Source: a virus. Taken from it: a DNA stretch of 64,000 bases. The notes under the pieces are model-generated. The model was not told the DNA's origin, searched no databases, and worked only from the letters and a program-made list of their open reading frames with translations. The stretch covers positions 1-64,000 of the IMG/VR virus record IMGVR_UViG_3300037010_001286. One strand, given 5' to 3'. Both the position numbers and the translations under genes were made by a program. Of the stretch, positions 37,264-48,284 are shown in pieces. Every line of letters starts with the position of its first letter. The stretch's first letter is position 1.

Positions 37264-38339
37264 TATATGACCTCTACAGTATTAATTCTACACATCCAAT
37301 GGATAGTAGTTGATGCAGCACCTGTTACAGATACTGATAAAGCCCCATTTGTTGTATCTGCTGATATAGAAACAGCACTTGCTGTTATCCAACTCTCTGA
37401 ATCACCAAATGTTAAGTTAATAGTAGGAGTTCCTACTAGAGTAGTAGATGAGGCATTTGCACCACGTTTAATTAACCCAGTAGTATTCCACTGTCCTGCT
37501 TTACCTGTTCCAGTATTTATAGCAACTATTTCAATATCAAAGGAGACTGCATTATTATTTTGAAGTGTACATTGATTAGTTGCAGAAACTGCATTAGTGT
37601 CTGATTTTAATATAGTAGCTGTAGCGTCTGTTGTTATAGCACCAAGTCCGAGTTGACCAAGTTGATATGCGCCATTTATGCCACTGAAAGGTGTTCCAAT
37701 TACTGCTCTACCTGATATACCATTTGTGTGACTTCTAAACCCCATTGCTATAGAAGCAGTACCTGAGGCTACGTTTGAGTAACCCATTGCTATAGAAGAA
37801 CCCCCCGATGCAATATTATTATTCCCCATAGCTACAGATGCGAAATTAGATGATGTATTTGCGTACCCCAGCGATATAGAAGCAGTACTAGACGCAGTAT
37901 TGTTGTATCCTATTGCCACAGAGGAGTAACTAGATGATGTATTTGCATATCCCATCGATATAGAAGCACTACCGGATGAAATACTATTATATCCAGTAAC
38001 TATAGAATAAGGACCGGATGCTACTTGATTAGCACTGGTTCTATAAGTTTGCAAATCAATCGCACCAGTCCCTCTAACGTTTCCCCCTTTTGCTGTACCA
38101 TCAGGAATATTAGTGGATAGAGCACCTGAGCCTACATATACCCCATTATTATACATCATAGGCATTTGTAATATTAAATCAGTAGCAAACTGTGTACTAC
38201 CATAGTTTACTTCATCATCGTTGGTACCTATAAGTACAGCATCTCTCATCACCTGAGATGCACCTTGCCCTACTTTATAAGTTATCCTACTAGGACTTAT
38301 GACAGCCCCGTAGCTATTTCCCTCAATTCCTGAGTTCAT
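37263..38339 (-). CDS. Fibre/adhesin with YadA-head-like repeats
   Basis: 14-aa ASGxxSIAMGYxN repeats. Confidence 0.75.
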   Translation of the reverse strand: MNSGIEGNSYGAVISPSRITYKVGQGASQVMRDAVLIGTNDDEVNYGSTQFATDLILQMPMMYNNGVYVGSGALSTNIPDGTAKGGNVRGTGAIDLQTYRTSANQVASGPYSIVTGYNSISSGSASISMGYANTSSSYSSVAIGYNNTASSTASISLGYANTSSNFASVAMGNNNIASGGSSIAMGYSNVASGTASIAMGFRSHTNGISGRAVIGTPFSGINGAYQLGQLGLGAITTDATATILKSDTNAVSATNQCTLQNNNAVSFDIEIVAINTGTGKAGQWNTTGLIKRGANASSTTLVGTPTINLTFGDSESWITASAVSISADTTNGALSVSVTGAASTTIHWMCRINTVEVI

Positions 38340-38722
38340 TATAAGTTTCCTGCTCTAGTGATAATAATGTTAAATGATTCGGCATTTTGGGTTGAAAATT
38401 TCAATGACCATCCACTTTGTAGAACTATCCCTTTATTGCTTATAGGTTGAGACCAAGCTGGAACCGTTGCAGATGCTGTCACTGCTGATACAATAAGTTC
38501 TTGGATAAGATAGTTTGTAGTTCCATTAGATAAGAACATACGAACCATTCCAGCAGTTGTATTACCAGTAGCAGTGATATACATATCATCTATCCGCATA
38601 CCATTACCTGAGGCTGTGACAAGTGTTCCTAAGGTTCCTGACCCATCTCTATTAGAGTTAGCTGTTGATATATTTACTGCACCATTGATTGGTGTACTTG
38701 CATATTGTGGTGTTGTTGCCAT
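38339..38722 (-). CDS. Virion structural protein
   Basis: Beta-rich, translationally coupled in fibre operon. Confidence 0.6.
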   Translation of the reverse strand: MATTPQYASTPINGAVNISTANSNRDGSGTLGTLVTASGNGMRIDDMYITATGNTTAGMVRMFLSNGTTNYLIQELIVSAVTASATVPAWSQPISNKGIVLQSGWSLKFSTQNAESFNIIITRAGNL

Positions 38723-40941
38723 TAAATTACTCCTATAAGTTGATTAAGTTGGTGATTTACTATTACTAAATCTGTTGAACCTAATAATGTATTTCCATTA
38801 ACAGTTCTTATGTTTGTTCCGCTTACCAGTGTTGGTTGAAATGCTGTACTATCTAAACCATCTAATAGATCGGCATTAAGGTTCGTGACTTTAGTTGTAC
38901 TTGCTACTGTTAAAGGTGAAGTACCTGTTGCAACTGTCGAAATAAGTTGAGTTCCACTAATATTTGCAGGGAATGTAACGTTTTTGCTTCTATCATACGA
39001 CTCGACATTTCTTCGTCCAGCAGGATAACCACCAAACCATTCGATATTTCCAAGTGTAATTGGGTTTGAGTTAATTGACACATTTGTAGAGTTAAAGGTA
39101 ACACGTACTGCTTTTGATTTATCAGATGTTGAAGCAGAAGGATAATAAGCGAGTGTATTATGTGGAATATATACATGCCCTGGCCATACATTAACTGGAC
39201 CCGATACTACCAAGTTCCATGAAGAATCAGCAGCATCTTGTTCCTCTATCTTTATATAAATTGTATTTCCATTAGTATAAAGGTAAGCATAGAACTTATT
39301 AAGGTAAAAGTAATTATTTACTGCATTACTATCCCAAGTTATACGCCATGAATTAGTAGAATTTGCTGGAATAATTGCTGGAAGTGCTGTTGAACCTTGA
39401 CCTTCACCAATCATCATATCTGCAAGGTTATTTGCGGATACTCTAGTACTTGTAGTCCATGTTGTACCGTCTGTAGACTCTTCTTGAATAGATGGTGGTA
39501 TAAATCTAAACTTATTAGTCATTTCTCCGTGAATTAATGCCATTTCTTCAACAGATGGATTACCAAGATTATATGTTACTGTATTATTTGAAAAATTTAC
39601 ACCTGTATATGAACTTGCTGAAATTCTACCACTCCCATCTCTTATAATAATGGTGTTTGCGTTATTCGTAGTTGAAGCAGTTACACCATTTAATGAAGTA
39701 GCGTTTACATTAGTAACTCCTGAACCATTACCACTGAAGTTAGTAGCAGTTACTGTTCCAGTAAAGGTTGGTGAAACTAGTGGTGCTCTACTTGTATCAA
39801 TTGGGTGTATATGATCGGCTCTTGCTACTGTTGTACTAGTTCCTATTGTAGCTGTACCATCCATAGAAGGAAGCGTTGAACTTAGTGTTGTAATATTGTT
39901 AAAGCTTGTTCCTGTAGCTACACCTATATTTGGAGTAACTAGAGTTTTATTTGATAAAGTTTCTATACCATCTAACGTAGCTAATTCTCCGGATATTGGG
40001 AGGGTAACTGTTGTATTTCCTGTTACTGTTAAAGTAGTATCAAAGGAGCCTGAAGTAGTTAAATTTCCACCAAGTGTAATAGTTTTACCATCATTGTTTA
40101 CACCAGTTCCACCATTAGTTCCTAATACTATTCCAGTTACGTTACTAGCTGTACCTGTTGTATTTTGATTAAATATAGGAAAAGTACAATTTACTAAATT
40201 ACCTGATGATGGAGTACCAAGATCAGGAGTAATTAAAGATGGAGAAACTAATGGTGCTTTTAAATCAAGAGCTTCTTGAGTTACTATAGATATTGGTTTA
40301 TTTAAATCACTAGTATTATCTACTAATCCCAATCCTACATCAGATTTATCAAGAGTAATTTCACCAATCTTACCCGAAACACTAAGTACTTTTGGTTCTA
40401 TTGAATCAATCCACTGTGCTTCTGTTCCTACAAAACCATTCTGTACGGCAATATCATATGTAGATAACCCAATAGGTCCAGTATCACCTTTAGGTCCTGC
40501 AGGTCCTTGTGGTCCAGTATCGCCTACAGGTCCTTGTGGTCCAATAGGTCCAATTGGTCCTTGTGGTCCAGTATCACCCTGTAGTCCTTGTGGTCCAATA
40601 GGTCCAGTATCACCTTTAGGTCCTTGTGGCCCAGTATCACCTTTAGGTCCTGCAGGTCCTTGTGACCCAGTATCACCTTTAGGTCCTTGTGGCCCAGTAT
40701 CACCTTTAGGTCCTGCAGGTCCTTGTGACCCAGTATCACCTTTAGGTCCTGCAGGTCCTTGTGGTCCAGTATCACCCTGTAGTCCTTGTGGTCCAATAGG
40801 TCCAGTATCACCTTTAGGTCCAATAGGTCCAATTGGTCCTTGTGGCCCAGTATCGCCTTTAGGTCCTACAGGTCCTTGTACTCCTTGAGTACCAACAGGA
40901 GATAGTGTAATAGTATTTGTTTGTGTATTTAATGTTATCAC
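38722..40941 (-). CDS. Tail fibre with collagen-like domain
   Basis: About 47 Gly-X-Y triplets; [33 protein letters not shown] fibre motifs. Confidence 0.9.
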   Translation of the reverse strand: MITLNTQTNTITLSPVGTQGVQGPVGPKGDTGPQGPIGPIGPKGDTGPIGPQGLQGDTGPQGPAGPKGDTGSQGPAGPKGDTGPQGPKGDTGSQGPAGPKGDTGPQGPKGDTGPIGPQGLQGDTGPQGPIGPIGPQGPVGDTGPQGPAGPKGDTGPIGLSTYDIAVQNGFVGTEAQWIDSIEPKVLSVSGKIGEITLDKSDVGLGLVDNTSDLNKPISIVTQEALDLKAPLVSPSLITPDLGTPSSGNLVNCTFPIFNQNTTGTASNVTGIVLGTNGGTGVNNDGKTITLGGNLTTSGSFDTTLTVTGNTTVTLPISGELATLDGIETLSNKTLVTPNIGVATGTSFNNITTLSSTLPSMDGTATIGTSTTVARADHIHPIDTSRAPLVSPTFTGTVTATNFSGNGSGVTNVNATSLNGVTASTTNNANTIIIRDGSGRISASSYTGVNFSNNTVTYNLGNPSVEEMALIHGEMTNKFRFIPPSIQEESTDGTTWTTSTRVSANNLADMMIGEGQGSTALPAIIPANSTNSWRITWDSNAVNNYFYLNKFYAYLYTNGNTIYIKIEEQDAADSSWNLVVSGPVNVWPGHVYIPHNTLAYYPSASTSDKSKAVRVTFNSTNVSINSNPITLGNIEWFGGYPAGRRNVESYDRSKNVTFPANISGTQLISTVATGTSPLTVASTTKVTNLNADLLDGLDSTAFQPTLVSGTNIRTVNGNTLLGSTDLVIVNHQLNQLIGVI
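40468..40893 (-). repeat. Collagen Gly-X-Y coding repeat
   Basis: [15 protein letters not shown] units with near-identical DNA. Confidence 0.95.
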
Positions 40942-41246
40942 GGAGTTACTCCTTTATGTATTATAAAGATACCACCAAATAAGAATTTATTATTATTTAT
41001 ATCAATCTCTAAAATAACATCATAATTAAAAATACCAACTCCTATAGAGGACATCTTATGAGCATTTATATTAATAATAAAAGTATTTTCACCTGTAATT
41101 ATACAATAAGGAGATACATCAACTGAACCAATAAACATTTTTGGAATACGTGAACCTATAGGTTCTCCTAAATCAACTGATAGACTAAAATCATCATTAG
41201 TTCTACCTGATAATGGAACATTAGTATCCTCATAATTCATTTGCAA
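40938..41246 (-). CDS. Fibre-associated structural protein
   Basis: YDVILE...GGIFI..GVT pattern preceding fibre. Confidence 0.55.
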   Translation of the reverse strand: MQMNYEDTNVPLSGRTNDDFSLSVDLGEPIGSRIPKMFIGSVDVSPYCIITGENTFIININAHKMSSIGVGIFNYDVILEIDINNNKFLFGGIFIIHKGVTP

Positions 41247-41494
41247 ACCTCTTTAGACGCTAGTAGCTTCTCTGCGTATTCTTTAACCATTTCATAATTC
41301 AATAAAGCCTTAGCTACAATATCGTGGCTATTTGTATAACTTTTATTATCTATCATAGGTTTTTCTACATCAGGGGTTACACATTTTTGCGGTACATACA
41401 CAATTTTAGGTTCAGGCTGTTCAGCTGTGCATCCATTAAAACTGATAACTATTGAGATACTGCATAGAATCGTTACAATCGTTTGATGTTTCAT
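41237..41494 (-). CDS. o-spanin (lipoprotein)
   Basis: Signal peptide with lipobox-like SFNG-C; overlaps i-spanin. Confidence 0.75.
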   Translation of the reverse strand: MKHQTIVTILCSISIVISFNGCTAEQPEPKIVYVPQKCVTPDVEKPMIDNKSYTNSHDIVAKALLNYEMVKEYAEKLLASKEVCK

Positions 41495-41792
41495 TTTTAT
41501 CTCTCCATTTTTCTATTTCTATAGTTTTTGTTACGTACTTTGTATCTATCTTATGTAACACAGTAGGTAATTTAGCCATAGATGCGTTATAATCCGCCTT
41601 ATTTGCTAATATAATATCGTTCTGAATATGTAGATAAGCTTCACTTTCATTTAATTTTACTTGTAAAGCTGAGTTATCCTTTTTAAGAGATAGTATTTCA
41701 CTATTTAAATGTTCAATATACGAAAGTAAAACCCCAGTAATTAAAACAATTACAACCTCTAACCAATACTGTTTAATTAATCCAATCCACAT
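41436..41792 (-). CDS. i-spanin
   Basis: N-terminal TM plus coiled coil, after endolysin. Confidence 0.75.
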   Translation of the reverse strand: MWIGLIKQYWLEVVIVLITGVLLSYIEHLNSEILSLKKDNSALQVKLNESEAYLHIQNDIILANKADYNASMAKLPTVLHKIDTKYVTKTIEIEKWRDKNETSNDCNDSMQYLNSYQF

Positions 41793-41801
41793 TTTTTCTC
41801 C

Positions 41802-42377
41802 TTACCAATATTTAAATGTTTTGGATTCAACTTTTGCATATTGTGCTCCATATTTAAAAATATTTTGCGAATATTCATAGTTTATATCACAATTACTTCT
41901 ACAAGTAGTAATCCCTTTATAGGTAAAACAACTTTTACCTCTATGGCATTGCTCTTTAGCTTTACTCCATTCTGCTATCTTAGCACGACTAATCTCTTTA
42001 ATAACTAAACCACCTCCGTTATATACCTGATAGGTTACCCATAGTCCGTATTGAGGTTTATATACTGATTTCATAATTACAGCTTGTGCTTTTAGCTGGT
42101 CGGGGATTGCAATTATACTTTTAATACCATTTGATTTTAAAGTTTTTTGCCAAACTCTATAAGTAATTTGGGGTAAACCCTCAGACCCAACACCATCACG
42201 AGATATTATATTTCGACATTCACTCTCTTGTTGAAGTTGTCCAACACCATATTGGTAAGGAAAGTCTACTCCAAATTGAGAATAATGCGCTTTTCGTACT
42301 TCTTGAATATATAGCTCACATCTTTGTTGTGCATAAGAAAATGATATAACTAAGATAAGAAGTACAAAAGCTTTCAT
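41802..42377 (-). CDS. Lytic transglycosylase endolysin with signal peptide
   Basis: QQES, GLPQI, YNGG; N-terminal MKAFVLLILVISFSYA. Confidence 0.85.
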   Translation of the reverse strand: MKAFVLLILVISFSYAQQRCELYIQEVRKAHYSQFGVDFPYQYGVGQLQQESECRNIISRDGVGSEGLPQITYRVWQKTLKSNGIKSIIAIPDQLKAQAVIMKSVYKPQYGLWVTYQVYNGGGLVIKEISRAKIAEWSKAKEQCHRGKSCFTYKGITTCRSNCDINYEYSQNIFKYGAQYAKVESKTFKYW

Positions 42378-42652
42378 TACCCACCCATTGCAAAGCAGTA
42401 GATAATGATTACATAAAGTGCAATAACAACGCTTGTTAATTGCCAGTTATCATCATTACTCCAATCAACTATTGGAAATAATGATTTTCTAATTATATGA
42501 GCAGTTAATACACCTGCTGTTACTAATAAGAACTTAGATAATACAAGCTGAATTATAGCTGGTAAACTCTCATAATAACCACTAACAAATACATATATTA
42601 ATGATAAACTTACTACTAAAACAAACCCTACTCTTTTTAATTCTTTCATCAT
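42377..42652 (-). CDS. Holin (3 TM)
   Basis: Three hydrophobic segments, coupled to endolysin. Confidence 0.7.
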   Translation of the reverse strand: MMKELKRVGFVLVVSLSLIYVFVSGYYESLPAIIQLVLSKFLLVTAGVLTAHIIRKSLFPIVDWSNDDNWQLTSVVIALYVIIIYCFAMGG

Positions 42653-42963
42653 ACGCTAACCTTTAAAATAAATGTCATAGCGGAGCCAATTACAGCTGTT
42701 ATCAACATCCATACTATTTTACTTAAGTTCTTTTCTATATGTTCTATTCTTTCATTTTGTCTTTTAAAACTATCATGCTCTGTTATTACGTGTGATGTAA
42801 ACTCTTGTCTTAATAGACGAATATCTGAAGCTATTTCATTCTGCTTTTCTATAGCTGTTTCTATCTTAGATAATGTTTTATTCATCTGAGTAAGCTCCCG
42901 ACTTAGTAACAGATGCTCTCCTTCTAACTTTTGTACCCTAGGTGCTATATCAATATCAATCAT
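42649..42963 (-). CDS. Coiled-coil protein with C-terminal TM (holin/antiholin-like)
   Basis: Heptads then IVWMLITAVIG. Confidence 0.6.
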   Translation of the reverse strand: MIDIDIAPRVQKLEGEHLLLSRELTQMNKTLSKIETAIEKQNEIASDIRLLRQEFTSHVITEHDSFKRQNERIEHIEKNLSKIVWMLITAVIGSAMTFILKVSV

Positions 42964-43361
42964 TTTTTACCCTTCATTTCCACTAAATTAATCTTATCAG
43001 ATGTATCTTTATTCCAGTGTGAACTACCAAAAATTCTAACTGCATAGTATATAAGATACGTTCTAATTTTAGATACCCCATTAAATAAAAGCATCTCTTT
43101 CAACAACTTATCACAACTTTCTCTTTGTAATTGCATACAAGTATATAACCCATCATGTATTATGGAAGGTTTCAATAAGTCATCTTCAAATGGGTTACCT
43201 ATAATGTTCCAAAATAATTTAGGTATAGAAGCACCATCAGTTATAAAACCTGATTTAATAGTAACTTTAATTGAATCATTTTCATAACCAAAATTATCTT
43301 GTAACTTCCAAAAACCATTTCCCATTTCTTCAAGGGATATATCACCATTAAACTGTTTCAT
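42960..43361 (-). CDS. DUF1353 family protein
   Basis: GFITDGASIP...IIHDGLY...AVRIFG. Confidence 0.85.
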   Translation of the reverse strand: MKQFNGDISLEEMGNGFWKLQDNFGYENDSIKVTIKSGFITDGASIPKLFWNIIGNPFEDDLLKPSIIHDGLYTCMQLQRESCDKLLKEMLLFNGVSKIRTYLIYYAVRIFGSSHWNKDTSDKINLVEMKGKK

Positions 43362-43780
43362 TATGAAATTCTTATAAGTCCAGTAGTATCTGTTGGGTCA
43401 GGAAATTGTATCGTAAAATCTCCACCAGTTGTTGATATATCAGAACCAAAATCAAGAACACAAACAGCCGCATTATTTCTAGAACTATTATAAATTAATG
43501 CACCTCGTGAAGTAATAGTAACTGCCTGCCATCTAGGGTCTGTAGTAAAATCTAATATAGAAACATTATTTACAATAGAGGTACTAAAGCCTGATAAGGT
43601 AATACCTCCTGCCGTATATCCTGTTCCTGTTATTTCCCCATTAGTTGTATAACTAGTAGTACTACTATCTAAAGTAGCATCACTGCTATATAGTGCAATC
43701 ATATAGGTATCAGTTGATGTATGAATACCTGAATATAGCTCTTTTAAATATGAGTCACATACTCCTGCTTTTATTGCCAT
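43361..43780 (-). CDS. Virion structural protein
   Basis: IALY...GEITGTGYTAGG..L...RGALIYN...LDFG pattern. Confidence 0.7.
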   Translation of the reverse strand: MAIKAGVCDSYLKELYSGIHTSTDTYMIALYSSDATLDSSTTSYTTNGEITGTGYTAGGITLSGFSTSIVNNVSILDFTTDPRWQAVTITSRGALIYNSSRNNAAVCVLDFGSDISTTGGDFTIQFPDPTDTTGLIRIS

Positions 43781-43888
43781 AGATTATCCTTTAATTATGT
43801 GAGGTACTCTAACTACATAAGATATTAGTTTTGTTGTTATATAATTAATTTACTAACTATAATAGCTTAAAAAGTTAATTTACATACC

Positions 43889-43897
43889 TATAATCGT
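43889..43897 (-). promoter_or_regulatory. Putative late promoter -10 (ACGATTATA)
   Basis: Shared motif in late intergenic regions. Confidence 0.6.
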
Positions 43898-43945
43898 ATT
43901 TACTTTTAGTTAAATTACGAAGTAATATTACATAACTATATATCA

Positions 43946-44347
43946 TTAATATGAAGTTTGAAAATGAGTAACGTCAGGAGATTTAGTCCAAAAACCTCCC
44001 CATACGTTATTCTCATTTAAAGATTCCCAATACTCACCTATAGGTCTTAGTAGGTCAATATCATAAGTTAGATTAAACTCCTCAAAACCATCAGATAAAA
44101 AGAAGTTCAAGTCTATAGCAAGTCTCTTAAGGTGCTTAGAGGTTTTTGTAAATTCCTTCTTTTTACCTGGAATTAATTGTAGACCACTCTCTGTTTCTTC
44201 TAAGCTTTTTCCATGTAGATATAAAAGTTGTAACTCATAAGGTCTAAAGGTTTCCCCAAAAGATACCTTAAAACCTGTATTTTCAATATAACTTAATAAA
44301 CTAATAACATCTTTGACAAAATTACATTGAGTCTTAATTATATTCAT
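43946..44347 (-). CDS. M15-family peptidoglycan peptidase (endolysin)
   Basis: SKHLKRLAIDL, WGGFW, DVTHFQ. Confidence 0.88.
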   Translation of the reverse strand: MNIIKTQCNFVKDVISLLSYIENTGFKVSFGETFRPYELQLLYLHGKSLEETESGLQLIPGKKKEFTKTSKHLKRLAIDLNFFLSDGFEEFNLTYDIDLLRPIGEYWESLNENNVWGGFWTKSPDVTHFQTSY

Positions 44348-44356
44348 AATATAACT

Positions 44357-45121
44357 CTATGACATTGCTAATGAAGGAAACATATGTACCTCAGTTGTAC
44401 TTTTTACAAAGTATCTAAAGGTATCAACACTATTAGCAGCGGTAGATAACACAGCTTTATTTCCTCCAGGAAATTTATATGCACTTCCCCAAGTTATTGT
44501 TCTAGAACCTGTAGAATCTTGTATTAGTATAATATGCCCGGATTCTCCAACTACTAACCCAGTTGGGTTAGCAAGTGTTATAGAGTTTGTCAAAGTAATT
44601 ATATAATTATTATAAGTATTCATTGTAGGAGTATAGTTAGCTGACTTAGTAGCAGTTAGTGTAGTACCTACCCCTAAAAGAGCCTTATTAGTTACTGATG
44701 CATCAAACTGTTGCTTTGTTATTGGGTTCATTGCACTGGTAGCATCTCCATTAAGAGATAAAGATCCTGTTAAAGTACCACCACTTTGTTTAAGAAATGT
44801 ACTATTTGCATCTGTTTGTTTAAGAAATGTACTATTTGCATCTGTTTGTTTAAGAAATGTGTTAGCTGCATCTGTTTGCGTAAGAAATGTACTATTTGCA
44901 TCTGTTTGTTTAAGAAATATGTTAGCTGCATCTGTTTGCGTAAGAAATGTACTATTTGCATCTGTTTGCGTAAGAAATGTACTATTTGCATCTATTTGTT
45001 TAAGAAATATACTATCTACTTCTATTCTCGAGTAAAGCTTACTAATATTAGAGTTAATAATAAGTCTCCAGGCCGTTGCACCTACCTCTAGAGTTTCTAA
45101 TCCATTTGCTAATACTGCCAT
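44357..45121 (-). CDS. Short tail fibre with 10-aa repeats
   Basis: FLKQTDANST-type repeats; QDSTGSRTITWG..FPGG..LST C-terminus. Confidence 0.8.
   Translation of the reverse strand: MAVLANGLETLEVGATAWRLIINSNISKLYSRIEVDSIFLKQIDANSTFLTQTDANSTFLTQTDAANIFLKQTDANSTFLTQTDAANTFLKQTDANSTFLKQTDANSTFLKQSGGTLTGSLSLNGDATSAMNPITKQQFDASVTNKALLGVGTTLTATKSANYTPTMNTYNNYIITLTNSITLANPTGLVVGESGHIILIQDSTGSRTITWGSAYKFPGGNKAVLSTAANSVDTFRYFVKSTTEVHMFPSLAMS
44785..45010 (-). repeat. 30-bp coding tandem repeat, about 7.5 copies
   Basis: TTTGTTTAAGAAATGTACTATTTGCATCTG-type units. Confidence 0.9.
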
Positions 45122-45142
45122 TTAATTCTCCTTATGTTATTT

Positions 45143-45151
45143 TATAATCGT
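45143..45151 (-). promoter_or_regulatory. Putative late promoter -10 (ACGATTATA)
   Basis: Just upstream of AAGGAG RBS. Confidence 0.65.
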
Positions 45152-47286
45152 TACTGTATATCTGTTGAAGAAACTACTGCTAATACCTTATCAGACTTAA
45201 ATACCCCTAATTGAGTCTCTACATAATAATTACCACTACTAGTAACATCATAGGTTATATAAGTCTCATATGATCTAGGGGTAATTGTTCCTACTAAAGT
45301 ATCATCTTGATAGATATTAAATACTCCCTCTACTTTACCCTCATCTTCTCCAGCAGTAATAGTATCACAGTTTCTATAATTAGCTCCAGCTAATCGTACG
45401 CAAGGAGTAAATTGTAGAGTAGCTTTTCCTACACCCGGTATGACTGATATACCATTAACTTTATAAGGAGTTTCCACAGAAAAAGTATAAGTATAATCTT
45501 GACTAATCTCAGGAGATTTACTATACTGGTTTTCTGCAAAAACTTTTATTGTTGGGGTTATAGTTGTAATAGGTATCTTTGGTTGTTGATTTCCACTATA
45601 GGAGCTTACCCAAAAATCTTCCCCAATAGTATGAGTAGTAATTTTATCTTGTATTCCTCTTAGGATATTTGAGAACTTAAATACAGTACTAGAAACTTTA
45701 ACTACAGTACTAAATGATATTGCTTCATCCCCCCAGTAAGCAGTATTTACTATTCGTTGTAAGTCCGAATCATTACCTGATATAGGATACATTGTACTAT
45801 CTAAATTTTCTACAGTTATTACTAAAGTTCTATCAATAGTATCTCCTGAAAGATACTCTATATTTGTAACCGTACCATACGCCCAAGGGCTAAAAGGTAT
45901 CATTGTATTAGTTGTCTCATATCCTTTAAGATCAGTTATATAAACATCACTTTTATAAGAAGCAGCTACGTGAACAGCTCTATTAGTAGAGTTTTCTGCA
46001 GTAACTGGAAATATCTTCATTCTACTTGGAGCATGAGTAATAGTATAGTTTGGAGCTAAACTAATAGAACTTATAGATGGTAATTGCATAGCTTGGTGTA
46101 CTGAGAAAATATCTTCCATAGCTTCTATAGAAAAATATGAGTCTTTTACAGCATCACCTGTAGTTTTAATAACACGAAATACTAATGTCTTATTATCAGT
46201 TAAATATGAATCAGAAAAAGTAAATGCTGTACCAATTAAAAAGTTAGGAAAGTCAAACGGGCTTATTTTAAAAGTTAGTGTAGCTAAAGGATATGATAAC
46301 TTCTTAAAGTTAAAAGCCGCTAATTGATTTAATGCTTCATCAGTATTAACACATGATAAATCTATATCAATATTGTTTATAAATCCAGCAGCAGTAACAT
46401 TGGCATGGTTAGTTAAGGATATTGTATCAAGTTTTGGTGTTTGATTTCCAGTAATATTTGCATACTTAAAAGTAAAAGTATTTGGGAGTTCAGCTCTACT
46501 TGATCTAGTAATCTTTATATCATCAGCTATATCTACATCTATATTTTGTAGAGTATTAATATCATAGTCTAATCTTAATAACTTATAATAATATTTACCT
46601 ATTACTGTATTATAATATAGAAGTCCATTCGTATATCGTAATATCTCTTGTACCCAATCCATACCTTTTTTGCTAACATTAATAACCATACTTAAACCAA
46701 GTTTTTCATGATAAAGAGTGGCAGCTGCATCTTCAAATGAACTTGAATCAATTAAGTATGTAGGTATTTTTAAAAGCTTAACCATAATATCATAAAGTAT
46801 AAATGCTGGATTAGCATTTGTAATAGATATAGAACTACTTCCAGTAGTTGTATTAATACTTTTAGTTCCAATAATTCTATTATAGGTACTATAACCTACT
46901 AAAGATGAGCAAGATTCTATATCAGTTCTTCCTACTAAAATTCCATAATAAGGAACTGTTCGTACATTATCCCCAATGTATGCTTGAGGAAATACTATAT
47001 AGGATACATCTTTATATGTTAAAGCCTTTCCAGTCTTAGTTGTTAAATAACTATCTGCAGTTGTTTGAGATCCAGTATAAAATGTAAGAGTTGAATCACT
47101 AAAAGATGAACCATATACTTCACTAGCTATACCAGTTTTTGCTAAAAAAGTGGCTGCATTAGTAGTTATATTCCCTGACCATACTTTATTTTCTTGTAGA
47201 TAAAATCCATATAAGTTATCTATCCTTTCACTAAAAGCATATGCCATATCTAAGAAATATGAATAACCCGATATAGTCTGTCCCAT
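45151..47286 (-). CDS. Tail tip/central hub protein
   Basis: ANPAFILYD...IDSSSFEDAA.TL..E.LGLS...LLRLDY pattern. Confidence 0.8.
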   Translation of the reverse strand: MGQTISGYSYFLDMAYAFSERIDNLYGFYLQENKVWSGNITTNAATFLAKTGIASEVYGSSFSDSTLTFYTGSQTTADSYLTTKTGKALTYKDVSYIVFPQAYIGDNVRTVPYYGILVGRTDIESCSSLVGYSTYNRIIGTKSINTTTGSSSISITNANPAFILYDIMVKLLKIPTYLIDSSSFEDAAATLYHEKLGLSMVINVSKKGMDWVQEILRYTNGLLYYNTVIGKYYYKLLRLDYDINTLQNIDVDIADDIKITRSSRAELPNTFTFKYANITGNQTPKLDTISLTNHANVTAAGFINNIDIDLSCVNTDEALNQLAAFNFKKLSYPLATLTFKISPFDFPNFLIGTAFTFSDSYLTDNKTLVFRVIKTTGDAVKDSYFSIEAMEDIFSVHQAMQLPSISSISLAPNYTITHAPSRMKIFPVTAENSTNRAVHVAASYKSDVYITDLKGYETTNTMIPFSPWAYGTVTNIEYLSGDTIDRTLVITVENLDSTMYPISGNDSDLQRIVNTAYWGDEAISFSTVVKVSSTVFKFSNILRGIQDKITTHTIGEDFWVSSYSGNQQPKIPITTITPTIKVFAENQYSKSPEISQDYTYTFSVETPYKVNGISVIPGVGKATLQFTPCVRLAGANYRNCDTITAGEDEGKVEGVFNIYQDDTLVGTITPRSYETYITYDVTSSGNYYVETQLGVFKSDKVLAVVSSTDIQ

Positions 47287-47295
47287 TTTACTTCC

Positions 47296-47535
47296 TTATT
47301 TCTTATCCGGAGTATCTTGATAAATTGGTTTATTAGTTAAATTAGCATAATATATACAATTACCTTTTATATAAGTTGTTCCATATATTAAAGGAACAAC
47401 CCTGGAGGAGGAATTATCAGGTATTTGGAAGTCATCTAAACCACTTGGAGATGCGGAAGTAGGACCAGGAGGTACAGGCATAAATAAGAATACTGCTACT
47501 AGTAAAACTACTGTAATAATAAGTAACCAAGGCAT
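47296..47535 (-). CDS. Small tail assembly protein
   Basis: DFQIP...VPLIYGT. Confidence 0.75.
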   Translation of the reverse strand: MPWLLIITVVLLVAVFLFMPVPPGPTSASPSGLDDFQIPDNSSSRVVPLIYGTTYIKGNCIYYANLTNKPIYQDTPDKK

Positions 47536-48272
47536 TATATAGACTCCGTAGCTGGATTTTTTGTAGGAATAAAAGGAAATCCCCCGAAATTTGCTAAATT
47601 ATTAAATTTAGATTCACATTGTGATAATGACTTATCACAACCTTTTGAAAAACTAATTGTAGTTGGAATATCTAGTAATATAGTATCTAAAGTAACAGTA
47701 TTTCCTATATGAGAAGTAATATATGCAGTTTCTCCAAGGTCTGTATTAATAGACCCTCCCATAAAAGTTCCATTTGCTACAGTGCTTAGAGTTGTACTAG
47801 TAATACTATCTCTATTTTGAGAAACAGTAAATACATTAGTACTTATTGTATGAGCTTGTTTAGAAATTCCACACTGTCCCTCATATAATATAAATGAACA
47901 AGAAGTTCCATAAGTTCTATAAGGAACAATACTATCAAATACGGCCTCTTTACGTTTTAGGGTAGCTGTTACTTGTTTTTTATTTCTGTCAAAAACTACT
48001 TGTGTAACAATACCTGAAAATATTTCAAATCCTGAGGAGAAATCATAGATAGTTATCTCTACTTCACTTGAAGGTGAGTTTAAAACAAAATATTTAAAAG
48101 GATAAGTATCTTGAGGGAGGTCTAAACGTACTTCTGCATTAGTAAGCTCTATACTTATTTCTGTACGAGTAATAGCGGAGGGAATATACTCATTACCCAT
48201 AAAAGTAATAGTATATTCAGATGATGAGTACGTTGAAACTTTCCCTTGAAAAGTTATTTTGTATAAATCCAT
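47535..48272 (-). CDS. BR0599-family tail tip/hub protein
   Basis: C...LY...CG; GCDK...C..KFNNL.NFGGFPFIP..NP. Confidence 0.9.
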   Translation of the reverse strand: MDLYKITFQGKVSTYSSSEYTITFMGNEYIPSAITRTEISIELTNAEVRLDLPQDTYPFKYFVLNSPSSEVEITIYDFSSGFEIFSGIVTQVVFDRNKKQVTATLKRKEAVFDSIVPYRTYGTSCSFILYEGQCGISKQAHTISTNVFTVSQNRDSITSTTLSTVANGTFMGGSINTDLGETAYITSHIGNTVTLDTILLDIPTTISFSKGCDKSLSQCESKFNNLANFGGFPFIPTKNPATESI

Positions 48273-48284
48273 CTTATTTAATCC

